From: Trichoplax sp. H2
Taxonomy: Eukaryota
DNA length: 64,000 nt
Reading direction: 5' to 3'
Assembly (NCBI GenBank): GCA_003344405.1
Contig: NOWV01000122.1
Location: forward strand, 124,001-188,000
Below are positions 44,801 to 58,980 of this stretch, in pieces; positions within the stretch are counted from its first letter, which is position 1; each line of letters opens with the position of its first letter. The position numbers and the translations under genes are program-made. The notes under the pieces are model-generated. The model was not told where the DNA came from, did no database searches, and saw only the letters and a list, made by a program, of their open reading frames with translations.

Positions 44801-46410
44801 TGCACACTCAAGGACTAATCGATACTATTCTACTCTATAGTATGATGACAGCATTGCAAAACACAGACTTCTAACCTGAAGACTACAGTGTAATATGCTT
44901 CTTGCAGTATAAAATGATTGATGTTAAAAGTGATGAACGGTTGAAGAGGAGGTTTTATTGATAGAATGACAGTAAACACACATAGGTAGAACATTCATTA
45001 ATGAACTGTATAATCCATGGACAACTGGACGGCAAGGACCTGAAGAAAAGATGATGTCATCTCTACTTTCCCCGTACAGTACACACTGTGTACAGTACTC
45101 ACGGTGTTAGAGGAAGACCTGGACAGTGGACAGCTGGACTGATCACCTCCCCTCAGGCGGACAGACTTTTCTACAATACCAAATATGGCCGAAAAATAGG
45201 AACAATAACTATTTAGTATGGATCTTCCTAGTCTGTTTTCCCCAAATCACTAGGTCCTAATTGAATTTATTAACTAGAAATTCAATTAAATAAACATTGA
45301 CAATCCTATGCACAATTATACTGTAGCTGTTTCCTAGCAGAACTTTCATGTAGCCATAGAGGTAAGAAGAACGGTTACATTAAAGTTCTGCTGGCAATCC
45401 GATGTAACAGATTCCATGCAATATGAATTATAATAATTTAGTAACAATCAGTCCATTTAGAATTGACCGTCTGCATACTCGGCTGATGCGTGAATATTGG
45501 TGCATCTAGCTTAGTAATCCAAACTTAATTCAAATAATTGCATTCTGTTATTACTTGATAACCCATTTACTACGTGTTAAGAGCTATTGGTTAATTTATA
45601 GTTCATGAATAAAGTACTATCGACGCGTTAATCAAACAAAAATGGTTTGCAATAACATCCTGAAAATCGTAAAATACTCTCTCTTCGAAAGAACTCCTAT
45701 ATAAGTATAGATCGAGCCGAAGGCATTCTTAATATGGCCGGACATCAGTTTAGTCTTGAAATAATCTCACCAGCACTATTTCATCTGTAGTATGATACAG
45801 CTGTGTCGGCAAAGCATGCCTGTAATACATGATCCAAACAATCAAAATAGTATTCATCAATATCAAGCCTAATTCTTTAATTCCATTGGTAATAGTAAAA
45901 GAATAGGTATCAAGCGGTGATGATGAAAAGCATACTTGGGAGTAGTAAATAAAATGATTTTGTTTGCTGCAATAACAGTGTACCGTATTCCCTTATTCAA
46001 TCAATCGTAAATGGTAGACAACAAGCTATTTTATATTGGATTGAATTAGATGCTCTTACCTCCCGCTAAAGGATATTACTCATCAGTCAGTATAAATGTT
46101 TGTACTATCACGTTTATTCGTCCAATCGAACTCATGGCCTTCGGTCACAATCATCAACGTTAATGCTAATATTACCGTCCATCAATAAAATTCTGCAAAA
46201 ACTTACATGGTGTCGGTTATTCCTATTGGTAATGTATTAAATGAATTTCATTACTTTCCTAATGAAGTGTAGCCTTCAAGCATACTGTCGATCATTGGCG
46301 CTACAGTATTAATGTACGATAACTATTTCTGTTAAATTAGATCCCTGATCGATATACGACTTAGGTTATGACAATTTTTTCCCCGCGCAGATGATTAAAG
46401 AACGAAAATA

Positions 46411-47129
46411 ATGAAGGCGTTAATTATACTCGCGTATGCCATATTCTTTCTTCACCAGGCTTCTCTCAGTCATGCTAGCCTTGCTACTATTAACGGACCC
46501 CATGATAAAGAAAAACATGCAAACTATGATGAAAACTATTTTATTAACGGAGAATTCAACGTTGAGGATATTTCATCCCTAGAAGATAGTTTAGCTCATA
46601 ATGCGAATGATCAAGACATTGCCCAAGATGATCTATTGGCAGACGATGACCGACTTGCTGAAGAGGCCACGGAGAAACATCATGTAAGTTCAAATGTCAA
46701 TTTCATTTCATTTCATGCAACAGATGCCTTTAGTTAATAGAGACTTGATAATTACTACCTATAAAAATATTCTACTTTCTACGACGATGGCTAAGACAGT
46801 ATAACAAGTATCTTTCGTCGATTTTAAATGCTTGCGACGCTGATCGATGAATATGAGCCACGTAAAGCTATAAATTGATTTTCGCTTCGTGTGTATTTTG
46901 CTTATTGTTATTTAACTAGTGGATACGTCGTCGTCGTCGTCGCCGCCGTCGTCGCCATTATTTGTCATGGCCTTCTATTAGACATTTTGGTCGTCCTATT
47001 CCTACTTCCAGTTTACCAGGTCATCTATATAATGTGTTTATTAGTCGACGACGCCGCTACAGACCTAGTGATGGCTCTAATCACTACTTTCGAGGCCGAT
47101 ACTACTTTAATCGTCGAAAATATCATTAG
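46411..47129 (+). CDS. Secreted prepropeptide (~160 aa): signal peptide, acidic pro-region, Arg/Tyr/His-rich cationic C-terminal peptide. Exons 46411-46683, 46920-47129
   Basis: MKALIILAYAIFFLHQASLSHA signal peptide, then a D/E-rich segment and a phase-0 intron (cat|gtaagt ... actag|tgg). Exon 2 reads WIRRRRRRRRRRHYLSWPSIRHFGRPIPTSSLPGHLYNVFISRRRRYRPSDGSNHYFRGRYYFNRRKYH*. Confidence 0.8.
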
Positions 47130-49169
47130 TATTGTAATTTCTTGATCTTGCCTATCTAAATGGGCAAGGGTAGTTGGCTCTTGCTACAAGCATGAAAACA
47201 GGTACTATGCTCTCTACCCAAATCTTGCTTTCTCATTTCAATACATTAAATCTGGTTTTGGTGAAGGACCGTGGATAACCAATGGTTTCAGGAAATACAT
47301 TAGAAAATATTTTGACGTTTAGTAAAGAATAAACTATTTGCACCTAATCACTCTCAAGAAAAATGATTTGAATGTTTTCATCATTGCTTTAACTAAATTC
47401 AATCCAAAGCCCTAATCAATAAGGATGTATGATATCTAACTTCTTTACAACTATGGTATTAGAAACTAGCGAATTAATATTTCAAATCTTAATTACGGCG
47501 ACTATTTTAAACGAGCTACGTAGAATTAGTAATAAAATTACTTGTTACACAATATACAGGATGTTAACTATAGTGTCTCTCTCGCTTTCAAAATAAAAAA
47601 TCATCAGTATTAATGTTAATAAAGAGTGCAGCCATTAATATATCTGTCTTACGCTGTGGTATATCACTGTTATGTATAATGTTGGAAAGAAATAGCTATC
47701 TTGTATCAGTAAGCACGTATTCAATCTTCAATAATGTCCATCATGATTGCAGTAATGCTATATTCAAAATAGATAGAGTTGAATAAAATCTTCTCTACGT
47801 AATAAATGTTTTTCCTTAGAGTTAATTAAAGCCTATTACTGTGTCGTTTAAATTGAAGATAAAGCCTAAAATTATTATTGTGAAGAGTTGCGCTTTAAAT
47901 AAGCAAAACAAGTAGCTACAAATAATGCCCAGGTGATGTACTGAGTCATAAATATTTCTCTATATTTGCTTTGTGTTGCAAATTTGCAATGGGAATAGCA
48001 GATTGTAATTTCAACATCTCAAGATATTATATAATAGGGAATTAACTTCAGCTATCACTATCTTAAGGGTTACTGGTACTACCTAAAGTAGCGATAATGA
48101 GGATATCACTCTAAAAACTTGCTTACCATCTAGATCAATTAAAAAAAAATGTAAATATCATCCAATCAGTTATAACAACTAAGAGCTAAAAGTACATGAT
48201 CAGGACAAAGTAGAGCTCAGGTGTGCTAGAGTAAAATTTATCATTTTCTAATTCGAAGCAAACGAGAAGTCGATTTGTAACTGTATCGTCAGTGAAAAGT
48301 TATCCTGAACGCCATACTATATTATCATGAATTCATAATCTACTCTTTGCTGATTTATAAAGTATACGAGTAGATACCTATAGGGCCACGATACTTCTCA
48401 CTCAATACTATATGCCAGACAACAAGCAAAGCATAGACAATTTGCTGTAGGAACTCGCATAAGCCAGTTGTTACAGTGTTAAATACTGTATTACAGTAGA
48501 AATAACTATGTTAGGATAATTCTGTTAGACTATCCTTATTTAGTTAACTTCTAATTTGGATATACTGTATTTTAATATAGCACTGACTTTTTATGACAGT
48601 GACACTTATACACATACTGAAATTATAATAGTTATAATAGGGAATGCAAATCATCTGCTTACAGTTCGAATCATTGTGATTGTAATTTACTTATGATAGA
48701 CTGTAAATTATCATGGAAATGTTCCGTGATAGGACATATCGTAATCTGACTATTCTGTATTAGTCATTATATGTCTATGTTCATAAATACTGTTGTCTGC
48801 ATTAAGGGAGCAGTAGCTAAAATTAATATCTAATTCAGTAAATGATTCTAATGTTAATTGTATTAACTATGACTCATGAACTATTGAGGAATAGTATATA
48901 AATGCAGTATATCGTGAAATAAAGAAGAATTGTCTAACTTAGTGTTTAACGTAAAATACGAGGCGTTTAAGTCTTTGTGTAGTCTGCTAGTAGAGCAAAA
49001 GTGTTTGTGATAGTGCAGATATCGTTCCTTGATACGTGGTTCAAGGAATTGACTTATTGATCGTATATTGCGTTATCTTGTTGCAAAGCTGCTTTGTGAC
49101 ACCAGTTTATGAGCCATTGCAATAACTATTAACTCTAAGACTAACTGCAATTCTATCCATCAGTGCTAA

Positions 49170-49610
49170 CAATATTTGCTTAATAGTCTTTGTAGCACAA
49201 AACGCATAGATCAAATTGATTTAGTAGGGATAGCCTATACAGATCAGGATTGCAAATTAAGATTATAAAAGCCAACGGAAATAATATTAAACTCTTTAAA
49301 AAACGCATAAAAGTTTGCGTAGGGTATCTCTTCGCAATAAGTTTTGCTATGAGCGCGATAGAGACAAACCTAAATAGACCTGGAGTGATAATTAAAATTG
49401 TAAAAGCCAATAGAAATTCTTCATTTCCTACACCATGAACGAAATGAAATATAGTATAAAAGTCTATGTAGGGTATCTCTGCACAAGATCTTGTTATGAA
49501 TTTACGCTGATAAACCTAAATGAAGCAAGATTGTTAATTAATATTTTAAAAGCAATTGAAAGTAATTTTGTACACAATGAAGTATAAAGCCTATACAGGA
49601 TGCTATCTTT
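49170..49610. repeat. Degenerate tandem repeat, ~150 bp unit, 2-3 copies
   Basis: ataaaagt....gtagggtatctct...aaacctaaat...aattaa.att.taaaagc.aa at ~49307 and ~49457, with partial copies either side. Confidence 0.65.
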
Positions 49611-52600
49611 TTAGTCGTAATACCTCGCTATTAATCTTACGATATTATCTGCTTTATTCAGAAAGACCCTAAAAGCACGCATAAAATTACTGCATTAACA
49701 TGGTATATCAGAATGTAGAACATGCTCTGTAATTGGTTTAAACATTATTACTCATAAAAATAGTAAAGAATCTTAATTTAGCTGAAGTCGTTGTCATTCA
49801 TCTAATTGAGCATATGGAATAATACTGGATCAAGCACCGCTAACGAAAAATGTTGTTTTGTAATAAACTAAGACATTAAAACTATATTTCGGTTAGTAAG
49901 TGGCATACTCTATATCTGTCACCAGTTAAATCGGCATTAACGAAAAGGCAAAGTATCAGCGCTTCTTATCGATATAGCAAAGCTACTTGTAGATTAATAA
50001 TACTTACAATTACTATTTGAATGCTAGATCCCATACTGATATTGCAGATAATAACTTCAATTTTTTTGCTACAGAGAGCTATTTATCAACTTGTAGGACT
50101 CTATGCTAGTCATCATGAGCTACTGTTGCAACTCCAACACGATATATCTACATTTTATTGAATGAAAGCAATCCCATTTTAAATAAAAGATTTTTCGTAC
50201 TCGGGTGATCAATAATTTCATTAATATTCTTTATACTAAAAACAACAACAATACTTCAAACATTACTGCTGAGAATACGGAAATACATATATTGATTTAA
50301 ACCACAATTGAGCCGTTACTAATATTCATACCTTACGAACTCGCACAGTAGTATATATATACGAGTATATATATTAATAGTATAGTTTTGTGCATATCGA
50401 GAATAAATTTAATGTAGTAACACCAACTTTTGAGTTTACTTTTTTCAACCCTATTAAATAAATTTAAATAAAAAATTTCATTATTTAAAATTACTCAAAG
50501 TTGAAATTACATAAACTAACCTTAAGTTGAGACCAGTAAGAGAGAATAAGTGATAGTTTCGCTTAACTTGGAGTCACTCAGAAGGATGCTTACATCATTA
50601 AGTAATATTTACTAATATTTTCCGGCCTCGAATTACAGTACTTAAGTAACTCAACTCTAATGAAATTTAAACCAATAGATTTATTAATGCATTGATGTAA
50701 CAGTTTAAGCACTTTCTACGTAGTATCTTAATGTAAGTCTGGCACCAAGGAAGGCAATATTCGACAACATCAATTGCTTTCTAATATTGTAATTCACTAT
50801 ATCCCTACCTTGCGGGTAGTATTGCATTTTGTATCTAATATACATAAATTCATAAATATTTTACCCTTTGTTAGCATAACGATATAGTTTAACAGTCTTA
50901 ATCGAAAATAGTACCGTAGATATAGAAATATATAATAAGGAAAATGATTACTATAATATATGAATAAGTAAATTGAATAGATAGATGATTGTTTTCTCGT
51001 AAAAAGAGTAATACATTTTTTAACTAAAATAACTATCGTCGTATATCATTAATGGTCCATAGGGTAAGCCTGGAACTATAGCATACTCACACAAAAAATT
51101 TGCTAAATGTATCAGTTCGCCATTTCTGCTTACTTACTACCAAGACAGCTACTTCTTCTACAGGTACAGAAACTAATACAATTTTATCTAAGTCTCAGTC
51201 ACGAATAATATGTAAAATAAAAATAAAATTTTAAAATATCTACTTATCACCTATCTTATGTATCTTATTATCTTACGATATTTACTCCGAGAGTAGCTTT
51301 CAAAAATTGATCATTTTGTTCATCAACCTATGTTTACATGCTTTCACTAAGAACGCAACGTACTATCATGATCCGCAAACTCTACTAGCCAAATTTAGGG
51401 CTATGATGTAGGCTATGTTGTCTCATATAGTGAAATCTTACACATCCATATCAAGAGTTACAGACGATTACATATTAATATTAAATCTTACATACTCATC
51501 TATCTTACGTTATAATTGTCATTACTTACTCTGTACAATACTGTACATATCTGCCTATATAAATTTACTTATACTTCTCGTGACAAAGATATACCGGAGA
51601 TATTTCTGCATTTTCACCTATTTCGAACTACAGTATTGATCAAGATTAATTATCCGTGACAGCTATGAACCTTTTCGTTAAGTTTCACGGCAGAAATAAT
51701 ATAGACCTTCCCTTTATGCTCTATTTTAAAATACGCCAGGGTATACATAGAACATGTACAGTCATGATCAGAACATGACCTGACCTTTGAGTCTTCCCAT
51801 AAATTAGGTAAGCTTGATTACTATATTTTATTTCGATGCCGTATTTAACGCTATTGCTCACTAAATAAGCCCACAACTACTTTTAAAAAACTAAGAACTT
51901 TAAAGTAAGTAAGAGAGACCGCATAAATTGTATTATAGCTAATAATCACTAAAGTACCGTGTTACAATCCAATTGCATGTACTGTAATTGTATAATTATT
52001 AATATTATAGCACAACTCAGATGACTATAAATAACTTTGTTATGTCAATGAATATACGCATATCTATTAGTATATTTACAGCATCATAGACCAAAATTGA
52101 CAAGCTATAAATTTATTAGCGTTTCTATTTCGCATTATGTTATCAAATAAGTTAGTCTAATTTACAATTCGCTTTAATTAAATAGATCGTAAATAAAATG
52201 TTGTTATGTTGATCCTGTACTTGATATTATTTTTTAAAGTAGATTAGCGAACGGTATACACCTCCCATAAATTAAATGGAAAGTTTTACTTTAAGTACCT
52301 TTATTTCTTATGCTATATCACTGAATAAATTTAATATAGCATGATAATATAATTCGGTAAGACCGATAATTTATAGAATCTTACAAAGTATAGTATTATT
52401 TCTTTTAAAATGTGGTATCCTGGCGTATAGTTTACTGACGTTTTGAATAACGCTATATCAAATTAAGCTGTGCCAACAAATCATAAAGCTATTAACAGAA
52501 GGCTACATGCACATCACGAACACGTTATTCTAGTCAATAAAAACATGTCATTTTGGATAACCTGTATAATAATGAGTACGTGATTCATAAATAAAAATTA

Positions 52601-55600
52601 GCCAATCATAACTCATTTAACGGTATTTACCAGCTACAGAATATCTGAATAGCATAAATATATTATCAGTATATTTAGTAATATGTTGTTTGAAATTTAC
52701 TATCTATGGCGTTTACTGGAGGTGCTGTATAAGTACTTCGAATTGCAATTAATAATTACTATTTTTGTAAATATCGTATCGCATTAAAACTGAAAAATAG
52801 AACATATGTAGATTATCAATGTATTTGGTACTGTGAGAAATTATTCAAATAAATTTTTATTTATCTACCCAATGATTACTGATTAGTGAAAAGAAATTAG
52901 TTCACTGAGTGGTGAGCGAGGCAGATAGGACTATGTTAACATTGAAATAGGACATCACTATAATTAATAGGATATTATTTTCAATGGCCATCACACCCTT
53001 ATTTTCGCATTATATTTTTGTCAAATTATGCTATATTTATGTAATAACATCAATATATTTATTTATTTATAATTTTTATCTTATTCTTAAGGAGGGCATA
53101 GAGTGAGAGAAAGGGCCTCTGTCAAATATGGTATGGTGTAAGAATAGTAAATCTATTTTTATCACAATCTGGACTACATAATGCGGAAGTGGTATTCACG
53201 AACACTTATCGGGAAAGTTATTTTTTACATTGAGTAATATTCTAAGCTCTAATTCGGCTAATAGCTTCGGTAACCATACGTAATTGAGTCTATTATTTCT
53301 TTCCAACTCCAGAGAAGATCTTCTGCTCCTGGCTAACTTATTTCCTATATAAAATTACGTCAGCACTAATTTCTATTTACTATTTACAAACAAAAAAGTT
53401 CAAAAATCGTTACGATATTATCTTAATTGGTGTAATATTCCATATGAGATGCCGTACACTAGATTGATTCACTACTGAATCTTTACCGAATCAATAAAGC
53501 ACCGATCTTAATTTTATTTATTCACTCATATTTCTCTATAGGCTATAAAATATGGAATTATATCAAATAATTATGGAAGTGAATAAGTAGATAAGTCTGA
53601 AATGTCACGAGATGACATTAATGAAAATCTTATCTAATGAAAATATCTCAAATAATTCTATCTATTTATATTTTATAATAAGGATCTATTGTAAGTATAA
53701 AAATAATTCAATAGAATTTAATTTCATTAGCAGGTTATTTTTCTCATTAAAATGTGTCACTCTTTTATGAGGCAAAAGTTATAAATATTATAATTTGCGA
53801 TGTTCTTTGCGTTAAAGAAATCAGGATAATTTTTACCTGATATTAGTTAAAGCTTAAGTAAACTTGAGAAATCAGTCCATGAGCATAATAATTTCTACTT
53901 TTAGTCCTTCCAAACTTAATATAGCTTCAGTGCTCTACAAAAATATCGAGTAATCAACCTAATTAATGTGTGCACCCCGTATGTAAGTAACGTATATTTA
54001 TCCTTATAAGCATTTCAAAAAAACAAATATCGACTATTATCACCAATTATAAAGAAATATAGTCATTGTCTACAAATTCTTTCCTTAAAGTTTTTAAGAA
54101 AAATTTTAGCTAAGATCTATTAGCTTTAGAGAGATCATTGCCAAACTTTTGATTTAGGCTAAGGAAATAAAATCACTATGGTAATTAACGTTGTGAGTTA
54201 TTCGCGTAGACCAAATATCCGTTTCCAAATTCAATTTCGAGTATTATTAATGTCGATAAATAAGTATGATAAAAATATTCTGCGCTACGGAAGAAAATTT
54301 GCTATTAAACTTATTTATGGAGGTAAAACATACAGTAAGCTAAAAGGTAAGCAACATTCCATCGAAAATTGTTTCGAAAGCCAATTTTAATAACCGACAT
54401 ATATTAATTTGCTGCATTATTGACTATATGCCTTAACTTAAGCCCACTAAGATATAAAACTAAAGATAGGGATTATGATCAAAATTTTACTATCATTATA
54501 GAGCTAACACGGTAAATTATTTTCTTGATAAAAGGCATCAGAGGATTATTATTGTGTGATTGACAAAGAATACCACGGCATGCAAATTCAATTTGATTTT
54601 TGTTATCAATTTTCAATGCTAAATATTCACATTTTCCAAACGTGGGAATATCAGTGATCACTTGTGATAAAATTCGATCGCAAAAATCAGGACTTTATTA
54701 GATCTAATACAAAGACTAGCTACACATACCTCTACTGTAGCCGAATACAACTACTGAAAGACTTCTAGAAAGAACAATCAGATAATCTAATGCCTCCTGC
54801 TTTTATTCTCTCTCGCTACCTTCACAGCTACAATTAGCATAGCAGCATTCCACCATATTTTACACATATTCAGCTTATTAGTAGTTACAATATTTTACTG
54901 TGAATCATCATTAATCCAATATGAAATAATTACGGTATTTTTGTAGACATTATTCCTACCTCTCAAAGTACAATGTACTAAGCATATACTAATATATGAT
55001 TTACAGTTTTATTTCTACCTCTAACCTTGTTAGTTGCTCAGCGTCTTCTTGTATATAGTTATATGTACTCTAGCATAGAGTCTATCCTTACAGTTCATAA
55101 TTATGGGCCACTAAATATCAAAGATAAATATAGAAAAGACACTACCGTACATCAAACTAAACATGGCAAATAGTCTACAATCAAAATATTAAGTTACTTT
55201 GTATGACTGTAAGGATATTTCAGTTAAATTGCAGCTTAAAATCCTAAACTTTCTTTACTATTTTCATTCAATATTATCATCAAGACAAATTCTGCATATT
55301 GTTGATACAGCTTCATAGGTTCAATGCGTCAGATTTAGTCGTAAACAACCTTTTAGGTACGGAAACTATTTAACCGCATATAAAATTAAGCCGTCCATTT
55401 GGGATAATAGTAATAAGGTAGTTTCTTTCATTTAGATTTTAATATAAACTGTCAGCACACAGACTAAAGCAGAATTCTTTATAGTTTCATTTCTGTTCAA
55501 AACAAAAAATAAGAAATCTTATTGTCCTATGGACGTCAGATGTAATTGTTGTGCTTCTTGATTTACTAGCAAATTTCATCCCTGATTGCTTACAAAATGT

Positions 55601-57903
55601 GATAAAATAAGCCATTGTCTGTTGTTATTGACAATGATTATTAACATTATCATTATCTTAAAATATCGCATACAGGTACTGTTGACTCAATAAGACAGTG
55701 AAAGGAAAGTAGGAATACAATCCAGGAAAACAAATTGATGCAATATCGTTGGGCAATTTTAAAATAGTTTCATAAACGTATACATTTCTCCTCACATCCT
55801 TTTATGGGTTTGGTAATAACCACTTAAGGAAAAGATATTGATTAGGGAATTATCCAACTTAAAGATAGTTAGTTATTCGTCGTTTTACTACTATTAAATA
55901 GCAATATGATAAAATTCTATAGTGCAGTACCTATAAAATTTTGAAAAATAAATTCAAACGCCTATCTTCAATGAATTTAGATGATCAGACGCTATTATAC
56001 CGGTGTTATAGAATGGAGAGCTGCAATTTCAATTTCTCAGCAAAATATACATTGTACCAACTAGTAACAACTGCTATTAGTGGACGCTGATGAATAGCTA
56101 CATTTCAGCAATTGTAGGTTTTAAAATGAATTGACAAAATAGTCTATGACTCGTTAATACTCGTAGTTATGTTTGACTCCCCAACATGCTATAGAGTAAC
56201 ATAATGAAATAGATATTGTAAAAAAGAAGGATAGAATTTATCATAGATGAGGTGAATGTCTCTCTACTTATTGGAATAAAAGAAAAACGAAAGACTGAGT
56301 TAGTTTTCATTTGTTTATTCATTGAATTATTCAAATTCCTAATAATTCTCTTGTACCATATGCGTGTGATCATTATTGCAATGGGTTGATGAATAAATAG
56401 AATAGTTCAACAGATCCTAGTTCTATTAGAACTATGTCGAATTAGAATAGACTCATTAAGTTATATTTAGTAATAGTATCATCTTCATTTTGAATACATT
56501 AAACGGTAGAATCGAAACAATTAATACCAATACATAAACCGAACTTTTTTTAACCACATTAACTCTTAAAATTAGAAAGCCACACATTGCTAGGCTATGA
56601 AAAGTTCATATACCAGTAGAAGTGGACGTAATTTATGTCTAATTCGTTATCCATTTTAGCAGTTACGGTAATATAGATAACATATTTCTGGGCAGACCAA
56701 TTTATCTCACACTTTCAGTAATATTTTCATCGACGGACGTAAGAATAAAAAGAGACATAAATATTGCAACAAAGAAAATATTTATACAGTAATTGCCAGA
56801 AAGGATATTAAGTTTAGGCAATTTACAAAATCGTCAACAATGATGGTACATAAGCTTTCAGGCTGAATAATTTATTTCTGATTCTATCTTCAATAAACTT
56901 CTAAATAAAATTGAAATTTAGCAAGCTATACTAATATGATAAATGGAAGAAAGCAATAAAAGTATCATTTTAATGCCATTTCATGCGTTTAAACACCTGT
57001 AAAAAGCGCATTCAAGAAAAATTTTTATACGGTTTGAAACTTGTATAATATCTTTTGGCCAAAAAATTATCTTTCCCTATTAGTAGGTTAATATGATTAA
57101 TTATAATCAATGACACTTTCAATAGAGAAAGTAATTCTTTCAGGTTGTCTATAGGATGAGTTTCTGGTAAGAAGATGATAACTTTTTATATAAGTACATA
57201 GACATCTTGCATCGTCAGGGTGACGAGAAGCAATTGTAACTTTCGGTCTAAATGCTAAAAATACTTTAACCGTTTACAAAACATAGGTTATAATAAAATG
57301 GAAATTTTATCTGTAATTAAGCTATTAATTTACTGTACATGTTATGAAGAAAACTTATCTTTCTATTTATATGTTGCTGATGACCATGACAAAAAAAGAA
57401 ATTTTAATAATTTTTAAATTCATTTCTGGAAGATGTTGAGAAGCAATCTATCAATACAACATTTTCAATCAATTTTTTCTTTGTTTCCCTGAATAATATT
57501 AAATTTCTGCCCCTAGCTAATTTCTAGGCAAGCAGTCTTGACTTATTTAAATCTTGTATATATATTCATATGTAAAATTTAGTCTTATTGAGAATTATAT
57601 AACATAGCGCGTATTAATATCAAGTTTTAGAATTGCTTATGCTTAGTCTATCTATTGGATATTTTATTGAATTCATTGCAATAAAACATTCATCGATTAT
57701 ATTTTTGTTACCTGTACGAGTAAAATATTTAATAGTATTCCATATCATTAAAAGGCTGGATAGTTTTTCGATTATCCGTAAAATATAGCCTAGGCGCTGC
57801 TTTAGCTTTGTTCAGTCATCTCTTCGTTTAATGTTTGAGTGCCCATAATTTACAGTATATGAAAGATGAATGGTATTACATTGAAGAAAAGTTGCGTCCT
57901 TAT

Positions 57904-58980
57904 TTATGCCAATGCAAGATTCGATCCAGTTTGTTTATTTGGTAAAATAATTTCGGGAATTTTAAAGCTATTTGTTATTCCGGGGTTAGGCTTATGTTTT
58001 TTATTACTTAGACATTGAAATCGATGCAACATTTTGCGAAATTCTTGACGATAGTAAGGATTAGTGCTAGCGTAAATGAACGGATTAATAGCAGAATTGA
58101 GTAGGACAAGTAACTTGGTAAGAAAATGGCCATCGTTGCCCGTTTTCAGAAGGTTTAAATTAGCTAATGTGAAATAGACGATATTAGGCAACCAGCACAG
58201 AAAGAAAGCTAATGATGTCACAGCACAAGTAATGGTAATTTTGTTTCTCATTTTATAAGCAGCCGTGTTGCGTTTCATTTGATCAGAAAAGCTGCGAATG
58301 GTCGTTCTCATGTAGCGCAAGATATTAAGATAGCATGCGATTATCATTACCATCGGTAATAAAAACCGTAAGAAAAAATAAAGTGAGTAAATCGTAAAAT
58401 GCAGTGCTTCATCAGGTAAATTTTTCCATACGCATGATGGATTTTCATCTGGATAATAATGAGTTTGCCAGAGGTTGCCTAAAACTAAGACGAAACCCCA
58501 AATCCAGACAAAGACTAACATGATTCGAGTACGAGTTAAAGTAAAATAACGAGGATGCAGATTGGCTTTGACTACGGCATACCGTCTTTCAATACCTAAT
58601 ACTACCAATGTATACATGGATATAAAACCAAATCCAAAGGTAAATACCTCTGAACCAATAGCCACACAAAATATATGAGCACCCAAACCAGGTGGTGGTT
58701 GAATGTAACCATCCCTAATAATATGCTCCGGAGTAACGATAATAAAGATGCCGGTTAGAAAATCGACAAGAGCTAAATTCCAAATTAAAACACCGTGCGG
58801 ATAACTTCGTAATTTACGGCTATACATGAGCACAATGAAGACTAAGGCATTACCAACAACGGAAATACCAGCAACCATACCGAAAGCAATTTGTGTACCG
58901 ATTCCTCCATCATAAACGGATTCAGAAGAATTAGTAGAATTAGTTGTACTAACTGTGGTGCTAAAACCACTACTTGCCAT
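57904..58980 (-). CDS. Class A (rhodopsin-like) GPCR, peptide-receptor-like, coding region intronless (~358 aa)
   Basis: GN in TM1 (VVGNALV), LALVD in TM2, ERR variant of DRY, W in TM4, CWLP in TM6, NPFIY in TM7 and N-glycosylation sequons at the N-terminus. The ATG at 58980 (MASSGF) is preferred over the TTG start in the ORF track. Confidence 0.93.
   Translation of the reverse strand: MASSGFSTTVSTTNSTNSSESVYDGGIGTQIAFGMVAGISVVGNALVFIVLMYSRKLRSYPHGVLIWNLALVDFLTGIFIIVTPEHIIRDGYIQPPPGLGAHIFCVAIGSEVFTFGFGFISMYTLVVLGIERRYAVVKANLHPRYFTLTRTRIMLVFVWIWGFVLVLGNLWQTHYYPDENPSCVWKNLPDEALHFTIYSLYFFLRFLLPMVMIIACYLNILRYMRTTIRSFSDQMKRNTAAYKMRNKITITCAVTSLAFFLCWLPNIVYFTLANLNLLKTGNDGHFLTKLLVLLNSAINPFIYASTNPYYRQEFRKMLHRFQCLSNKKHKPNPGITNSFKIPEIILPNKQTGSNLALA

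Noticed and set aside
43818-44811. Several overlapping 60-107 aa ORFs rich in Y/C/T/V
   Set aside because: They are translations of TACAG-type low-complexity and tandem repeats.
46891-47145. Hydrophobic poly-Val ORF (MYFAYC...VVVVVAAVV)
   Set aside because: This is an alternate frame of the Arg-rich exon. It has a GTG start inside an intron, and the splice phase selects the Arg frame.
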